DNA from: an uncultured Verrucomicrobiales bacterium
GTDB taxonomy: Bacteria > Verrucomicrobiota > Verrucomicrobiia > Verrucomicrobiales > DEV007
DNA: 64,000 bases
Reading direction: 5' to 3'
NCBI GenBank assembly: GCA_938091905.1
Contig: CALKOM010000057.1
Coordinates: forward strand, 1-64,000
Shown: piece after piece, positions 58,509 through 64,000 of the stretch
Layout of the letters: every line of letters begins with the position of its first letter
Numbering within the stretch: the stretch's first letter is position 1
Translations under genes and position numbers: made by a program
Notes under the pieces: generated by a model
The model's database searches: none
Told to the model about the DNA's origin: nothing
The model's input: only the letters and a program-made list of their open reading frames with translations

Positions 58509-59555
58509 CTAGCGAGGTGATTCAACGGTATTGATCACGTTAGTAAGGACATCATCAATCTGCTGACCGCTGATGGCAATCTCAGGCGCGAGAGCGACCC
58601 GGTGACGCAGGACAGGAAGGGCGCCTCGTTTGACATCGGCGGGTGTGATGAACTGGCGACCTCCGAGGACTGCGAAGGCCTTGGCCATGCGAATGAGGCT
58701 GATGGCACCACGAGTTCCGGCACCTAGCGTAATCGCATCCGACTGGCGTGTGGCTCGAATGAGGCTGACCGCATAGTTGATGACATCATCAACCGCCTGA
58801 ACTTTCGCGGCCGCTTGTTGCCCGGCAATGACGTCCTTGGGCTGGCAGATTGGGGAGATAGCATTGGGATCGAGGCCTCGCCCACCTGCTCCTCCCGCCG
58901 CAAGTTTCACGATGGTCGCCTCATCGGTCGAACTCGGGTAATCGATGAGGATTTTGAGCAGGAAACGGTCGAGCTGTGCTTCTGGTAGTGGATAGGTGCC
59001 TTCCTGCTCAATGGGATTCTGGGTGGCAAAGGTCATGAACGGTGGTTCCAACGCCATGGATTCTCCATCGATTGTGACTTGAGCCTCTTGCATGACCTCT
59101 AGCAAAGCGGCCTGCGTCTTGGCCGGAGCGCGATTGATTTCATCAGCCAGGAGAAGGTTTGTAAAAACGGGCCCTTTCCTCAGTCGAAATTGCTGGGTGC
59201 TCATGTCGAAGAGTGAATGACCAGTGACGTCCGAAGGCATGAGATCTGGCGTGAACTGGATCCTTTGGAAATTACCGCCAAAGGTACGAGACAACGCAAG
59301 AACGAGGTGCGTCTTGCCCAGTCCAGGCTTGCCTTCGAGCAGAATGTGGCCGCCTGCGATAAGGGCGGCGAGGACCTGATCGATGACCGCATCTTGCCCG
59401 ATAAAGACGCGGGTGACCTCATTGCGAATTTGTTGCCACACGCTCGGTCTCTCCACAGGAGGTTCGGCAACTTCTGGTCGGAAGTCACTGGGAGGTGTGG
59501 GCTCTGGAGAACCCGGAGTTGGAGGGAAACTAGGTGGTTCGTTCGTGTCGTTCAT
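58509..59555 (-). CDS. moxR: MoxR family AAA+ ATPase
   Basis: EGKPGLGKT, RIQFTPDLMPSD, LADEINRAP.KTQ.ALLE, ATQNP.E.EGTYPLPEAQLDRF. Confidence 0.95.
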   Translation of the reverse strand: MNDTNEPPSFPPTPGSPEPTPPSDFRPEVAEPPVERPSVWQQIRNEVTRVFIGQDAVIDQVLAALIAGGHILLEGKPGLGKTHLVLALSRTFGGNFQRIQFTPDLMPSDVTGHSLFDMSTQQFRLRKGPVFTNLLLADEINRAPAKTQAALLEVMQEAQVTIDGESMALEPPFMTFATQNPIEQEGTYPLPEAQLDRFLLKILIDYPSSTDEATIVKLAAGGAGGRGLDPNAISPICQPKDVIAGQQAAAKVQAVDDVINYAVSLIRATRQSDAITLGAGTRGAISLIRMAKAFAVLGGRQFITPADVKRGALPVLRHRVALAPEIAISGQQIDDVLTNVINTVESPR

Positions 59556-60676
59556 AAGCTTGTTTCTAGCGATGTGATATCTTGGATCAAGCGGGTGAAA
59601 TGGTTCGCATCGTTCTTGGGTTCTCCGAGCATGGCTTCACGAATGCGATCTTGAGACAGGCCGCTACGTTCCGACAGGTAAGCGTGTAGGCCTGGGTCGT
59701 TGAAGCTGGGCAGCGATTTCCCGGTGGATGATTGATAATGTTGAGTGAGACGACGTCGTACTGGATCCAACAGGCTACTTGGTGAGCTGTGACGCCAAAG
59801 GAATTGCGCGGTCATGCCGAGGTGATCGGAGAAGTGGCGGGGAAGGACCGTGGCAGGAGGGAGGCGTGGGCCGAAGCCTGGGAGGGATTTCCATAGCCAG
59901 AAGATCAATAGGGCGAGCAACCCTAACAAGGGCATCCACCCGAATTCCCAGAGCATACCCCAGAAGGAAAGGTCACTGGCATAGACGAAGAGCACGTCGT
60001 AGCATTCGTGAAGCTCGCTGAGAGCTAGCATGAAAGCGGCATGATCTTCTTGGTCGAGCGTCCGGTTCCTCATAGGGAAGGCAGAGGCGAGCGCGGTGAA
60101 GCGGCCATAGCCAGAGTCTATGCTTACCATGAGGGCGTTCTCTTTATCCATGCCCATGAAATGATCGACATCGTCGGTGTCGGTCAGGTCAAAAGTATTG
60201 CTAAGAGGGAAGCGGATGCGACCAGAATGTTCTCCAAGGTCAAACGATACTGTATTTCGATTGTCTGTGAGTTCACCAAAGCGAATTCCGTAAGCGTCGA
60301 GTAGGGGATGATTGACCAAGGCGAGAGCCTTGAATTGGTCGCCGTTGTTCTGCCAGCTCATCATGCTGGTTCCACTGAGTAGGTAGATGAGATGCCCTCC
60401 ATTCTCGATCCATTCCTTCAGTCTACGTGAACGGCTCGGTGTCGTGATCGCGTCCGCTGGCATGATCAACAGCGTGCCATCCCAGGGCATGTCATTAAGC
60501 CGGAGTGAACTCGTGGCCTCAAACCCGTATTTCTGATAGAGTTTCTCGGCAGCGAGGAAAGGATTGCGTCTTGCTTCGCCTTTGAAACCGATCTCGGTTG
60601 TTTCCTCGCGTTTCTCAAGGCACGAGGTGAGTGTCAGGCAGATCAGGCCGATGAATACACGGGAGAGCGGCTTCAT
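59552..60676 (-). CDS. DUF4350 domain protein (lipoprotein-like signal, one TM)
   Basis: LTSC, EARRNPFLAA, W...GG.L, G.G, N..L...DHA, FGP; operon position. Confidence 0.75.
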   Translation of the reverse strand: MKPLSRVFIGLICLTLTSCLEKREETTEIGFKGEARRNPFLAAEKLYQKYGFEATSSLRLNDMPWDGTLLIMPADAITTPSRSRRLKEWIENGGHLIYLLSGTSMMSWQNNGDQFKALALVNHPLLDAYGIRFGELTDNRNTVSFDLGEHSGRIRFPLSNTFDLTDTDDVDHFMGMDKENALMVSIDSGYGRFTALASAFPMRNRTLDQEDHAAFMLALSELHECYDVLFVYASDLSFWGMLWEFGWMPLLGLLALLIFWLWKSLPGFGPRLPPATVLPRHFSDHLGMTAQFLWRHSSPSSLLDPVRRRLTQHYQSSTGKSLPSFNDPGLHAYLSERSGLSQDRIREAMLGEPKNDANHFTRLIQDITSLETSL

Positions 60677-62178
60677 GAGGACACCTCCTTGTGGTGAAAG
60701 GGCCAGTCTTTGCAGAGAAGTTCTACCGTGGCATCGTCAGGCCAGATCTTTCCGTAGGCGGCACCGGTCCAGCGATCTGTGAGACGATTGAAATAGGAGA
60801 CCATCTGGCGGTTAGACAGCTCATTGGCACGTTGGATGCAGTCGAATTCTGTATCGCTCTCGATGATGGGAAGGTTTTCACGTACGACCATCCAAGAAAT
60901 GGATCCTCGATAGAGAAGGCTCAATGCCTCCTGCCGTCGTCCTGCAGTCCAGGCCTCCCAAGCAGTCTGAGTGATATTGTCGGGAAGGGATTCAGCGCGG
61001 ACATCCATCCCCATCACGGTGGTGGCACGCGAGTGAGGAGTTGCAGAGCGTTTTTTAAAGCTGCGATTGAGAAAGACGTGTCGATAGGTGTAAATCCAGT
61101 AGGCGAGGCCGCCAATCGCAGCCACCACGACGAGCCAGAAGAGAAACTCGCCTAGGATCTGAAAGATGGCGGCACCGTCTCCACCTCTGCTATCACTATT
61201 GTTTCCCCAATGCCATGTCTCTCGCGTGTGGCTATGGATCTCAAACTCAGGTTGCTGAAGGATAGTTGCCGCTGTGTCTGCCGGTGACGACCCGATCTCT
61301 TCCTCGGCAGCGAGCTCTGTTTCTAGATCCAAGATCGGTTCTTGGGCCCGACTTTCATTTACTGACGCTACTAGCAAACTGCCTAGAAGGAGCATGATGA
61401 CGACCTTGGACACTCGGGTGATCAGTCGAGCTTCCAGTTGGCGAAATCTTAACTCGAGATCCCAGCCTTCACTGCGGGTACGACCATTTACATACATGCC
61501 GAAGCCACCGCCTACATAGAAGGGCTCGATCAAGCTCATGGCGAAGAAGTAGGCCGCGGTGAGCGTGTAGTAGACGATACCCGGAATAGGGAAGAACTCT
61601 TCCATTTCGAACCCTGCAACCCAGTCCTCCATTTCCGCCCCCAAGGTTGGTGATGGGTTGAGCATGACAACTAGGCCAATGAGCCCTATGACAATTGTGG
61701 CCTCGAAACAACTGCAAGCTGTGATGAGAGAGGTCGTGTGGGCATTGGCTTCGCGATTGAGAACACTCACACGGGTGTTTCTAGAATTGCCCGAGAGCCC
61801 TTCTAACAAGCCCACTGGCATGAGGTAGCTCCGAGCGGGAGAGAAACGTCTCCAAGTCAGGTCGCCAAACAGCATCCGGAGGAAGAACTTTGGAGAACCA
61901 AGAATCTCTCGCAGCCGCAATCGATTACCGAAGAGTGACCGACTCAAGATGATAAGCGGCACGCGGTCGTAGAGCGGCTTGAACCAGAAGATAGCGAAGA
62001 TCCATAGACCGGGCCACGCTTGAAGCACGAAGACTAATAAAGCGCAGAAGGGCAGTACCGTGCAAGCCCAGGCCAGCATGATGAAACCATAATCTCGACG
62101 GACCATTGCCATGCCGAGATCAATGGCTTCCCAAGAAGTGCGAGGCCGGATCTCGGCAGAGACGTCCTCAAGCCTCAT
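60673..62178 (-). CDS. Membrane protein with C-terminal DUF4129 domain
   Basis: RPR..WEA.DLG, W.KP.YDR, GF..Y.N.R...EGWD.E, ALSLLYRG, TE..C, AAYG. Start taken at ATG 62178. Confidence 0.8.
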   Translation of the reverse strand: MRLEDVSAEIRPRTSWEAIDLGMAMVRRDYGFIMLAWACTVLPFCALLVFVLQAWPGLWIFAIFWFKPLYDRVPLIILSRSLFGNRLRLREILGSPKFFLRMLFGDLTWRRFSPARSYLMPVGLLEGLSGNSRNTRVSVLNREANAHTTSLITACSCFEATIVIGLIGLVVMLNPSPTLGAEMEDWVAGFEMEEFFPIPGIVYYTLTAAYFFAMSLIEPFYVGGGFGMYVNGRTRSEGWDLELRFRQLEARLITRVSKVVIMLLLGSLLVASVNESRAQEPILDLETELAAEEEIGSSPADTAATILQQPEFEIHSHTRETWHWGNNSDSRGGDGAAIFQILGEFLFWLVVVAAIGGLAYWIYTYRHVFLNRSFKKRSATPHSRATTVMGMDVRAESLPDNITQTAWEAWTAGRRQEALSLLYRGSISWMVVRENLPIIESDTEFDCIQRANELSNRQMVSYFNRLTDRWTGAAYGKIWPDDATVELLCKDWPFHHKEVSS

Positions 62179-63133
62179 CTTCTTGTCTCCCAGCAAAGGT
62201 GAAATAGGCGACCAAGGCCACAAACCAGAACGTGGCTACGGTGTATTTGACCGGGGCAGCAACAGGCTGGGCCGACCAGAAGCCTTCGATGATCGCAGCC
62301 AAGAACGTGAGGAGCGCCGCGCCGTAGAGGAAAGGTATGGAGCGTTTTCCTGCGTCTAACAATGCTTGCTTGCGTCCGCGTCGTCCAGAATACAGGATGC
62401 CCAGCCCAACGTGGAGTCCGGCCATGCCGGCAACGAGCATGCCCATGATCTCGACACTGGCATGTCCACAAATAAAGTTGTAGAACGACTCAGGATTGGT
62501 GGCTTCGTGAATGTAGGCGGTGGCCGCACCAAAGAAGAGCCCGTTGAAGACAATAAAGAACAGGGTGCCGACGCCGCAGAGGATGCCTCCGGCAAAGATT
62601 CGGAAATCAATGCCAATGTTGTTCATAATGTAGAAGGCAAACATCATGAAATTCGAACCGAACTGTTCTCGCAAATGCTCGACGGGACTATCGCTCCCAT
62701 ACATGGACTGAAGCTGAGACATTTGCTCTGTGCCGAGCAATGCGTGGCTCCATCGTGGTTCGATCATGGATCCAAGGATGATGCCGGCAAGTGGGATGAA
62801 GAAAAAGACGCAGTTGATCCAGAAGAGCTTGATGTCCTTTCGAAACGCTCTGGGAAAGTCCACGGCGATGAAACGCAAGATGCCTTCGCCAAGCCGCGCT
62901 GAACTCCGATAAAGATGTTTATGGCCTCGAATGACCATGACATTGAGCCTCTCACAGAGTCGCAGGCCATACATGCGCTGCTGTGCTAGTGAAAGATCAC
63001 TGCATACTTGGCGAAACATGGCTGGGAATTGAGCACTTTGCTCGGGAGGATTCTTTCCATCCAATTCATCGAGCATGGTCTCAAAGGCGTTCCAGCGCTC
63101 TTGATGCAGAGATTCGAATGTTTGGCGATTCAT
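62168..63133 (-). CDS. SpoIIM / DUF95 family membrane protein
   Basis: C.DL.LA, YI.NN, F..G...G.G, NG, HA..E, AA.IE.F.S. Confidence 0.88.
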   Translation of the reverse strand: MNRQTFESLHQERWNAFETMLDELDGKNPPEQSAQFPAMFRQVCSDLSLAQQRMYGLRLCERLNVMVIRGHKHLYRSSARLGEGILRFIAVDFPRAFRKDIKLFWINCVFFFIPLAGIILGSMIEPRWSHALLGTEQMSQLQSMYGSDSPVEHLREQFGSNFMMFAFYIMNNIGIDFRIFAGGILCGVGTLFFIVFNGLFFGAATAYIHEATNPESFYNFICGHASVEIMGMLVAGMAGLHVGLGILYSGRRGRKQALLDAGKRSIPFLYGAALLTFLAAIIEGFWSAQPVAAPVKYTVATFWFVALVAYFTFAGRQEDEA

Positions 63134-63148
63134 GAACTCAGATTAGTG

Positions 63149-63877
63149 CTAGGAAGAGTTGCGAATCCACCAGCCCATGCGGAGGAGGCGATTGACGCCC
63201 TCGCGTCCAGTTTGGCGGGTGAGAGTGGGCACGTGGTTGGCAAGTTCTTCCCGCCGAGCGTCTGACCAAAGGCCTGCGCGTTCCAAATAACTCACGAGGG
63301 CGAGTTGTTCGGACCGCTCCAATGCCGTGGTCGGAGCGAGGGGGTCCAGATTCAGGGGCATGGGCCCATCAGCGGGAGGTTCTGTGCCTGTGTAGATGAC
63401 GCAGGTGCCTGCGGCGAGATCTCCCAAGCGTTGAAAGCTGTTACCGGACAAGCAGGCGACTAGACCAAAGGCATAGCCAACCGGTAAGGCATCAACGAAT
63501 CGGAGGAAATTCCTAACGATGGCCTGACTCCAAGTGAGTGGGGCCCCTGACGTTTGCACTACTCGCAAGCCCATGGCACGTTTGCCAGGTGAGGCACCGC
63601 GCTTGCCCACCTCGTAAAAGACGTAAAAGAACCACGTCCACCAGAACATGAAAAGGAGCATCAACCCTTGGGCGACGTTTTCACCTAGCATGGTACTGGA
63701 CAGCCCGATGACGATTGCCACGACGATGAGAATTCCCCAGCGAATGAGGAAATCGATCAGGTAGGCCATTGCGCGGACCGTCGGACCAGCAATGGGCAGC
63801 CAGATCTCCACACCTTCCGTCAATTCGATACGTTGACGCGTATCAATCTTGGGGATGGCGGGCGACGTTTCTGGCAT
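63149..63877 (-). CDS. RDD family protein
   Basis: R..AY.ID, SPGKR..GLRVV, RN.LR..D, QRLGDL.AGT.V. Confidence 0.92.
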   Translation of the reverse strand: MPETSPAIPKIDTRQRIELTEGVEIWLPIAGPTVRAMAYLIDFLIRWGILIVVAIVIGLSSTMLGENVAQGLMLLFMFWWTWFFYVFYEVGKRGASPGKRAMGLRVVQTSGAPLTWSQAIVRNFLRFVDALPVGYAFGLVACLSGNSFQRLGDLAAGTCVIYTGTEPPADGPMPLNLDPLAPTTALERSEQLALVSYLERAGLWSDARREELANHVPTLTRQTGREGVNRLLRMGWWIRNSS

Positions 63878-63969
63878 TGGCTTACAGAAACATAGATCTT
63901 TGAGAAAGCTTCACAATTCTCGGCTCGGAAGTCGACAAAGAGTGGGCTCTTTGTTCCATTGAATTCATC

Positions 63970-64000
63970 ATGCCTGCCAACCCTTACGAAAGCCCGTCGT
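63970..64000 (+). CDS. Start of a divergent gene (truncated by the window)
   Basis: MPANPYESPS; NPY.SP N-termini are common in PVC membrane proteins. Confidence 0.45.
   Translation, partial: MPANPYESPS

Noticed and set aside
34590..63133. Sporulation inferred from CotH and SpoIIM names
   Set aside because: Both families are widespread in non-sporulating bacteria, and the TonB receptor indicates a diderm.
1..64000. CRISPR arrays, tRNA/rRNA, transposases, integrases, reverse transcriptases, prophage
   Set aside because: No repeat-spacer pattern or diagnostic motifs seen by eye; short or divergent elements could have been missed.

Overview
64 kb of a GC-moderate bacterial chromosome. Gene content (sulfatases, LamG/lamin-tail/CotH multidomain secreted proteins, DUF6807, TIGR03067, an NPY-type N-terminus) suggests a PVC-superphylum organism, most likely Verrucomicrobia (inference). 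Housekeeping genes: rpmE2, rpmI-rplT-pheS-pheT, ggt, a TrmH methylase and a beta-CASP nuclease. Also present: a cobalamin-riboswitch-controlled TonB receptor, the RDD-SpoIIM-DUF4129-DUF4350-MoxR-DUF58 operon, and carbohydrate/sulfate genes. The most striking locus is 32947-43704: a VTC (polyphosphate-polymerase-like) gene plus a DUF4956 membrane gene, divergent from two tandem ~1500-aa secreted CotH-kinase/lamin-tail proteins. A third intact paralog and a fourth decayed paralog lie elsewhere in the window. This is a candidate polyphosphate-export / extracytoplasmic phosphorylation system. Other signals: a pseudoknot-like RNA between rpmI and rplT, an oxoprolinase with no canonical start in frame behind the rpmE2 stop, TAnnnT boxes right before start codons, and about seven decayed accessory loci. 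No tRNA, rRNA, CRISPR array or IS element was recognised. All domain calls are motif recognition by eye, not database searches.
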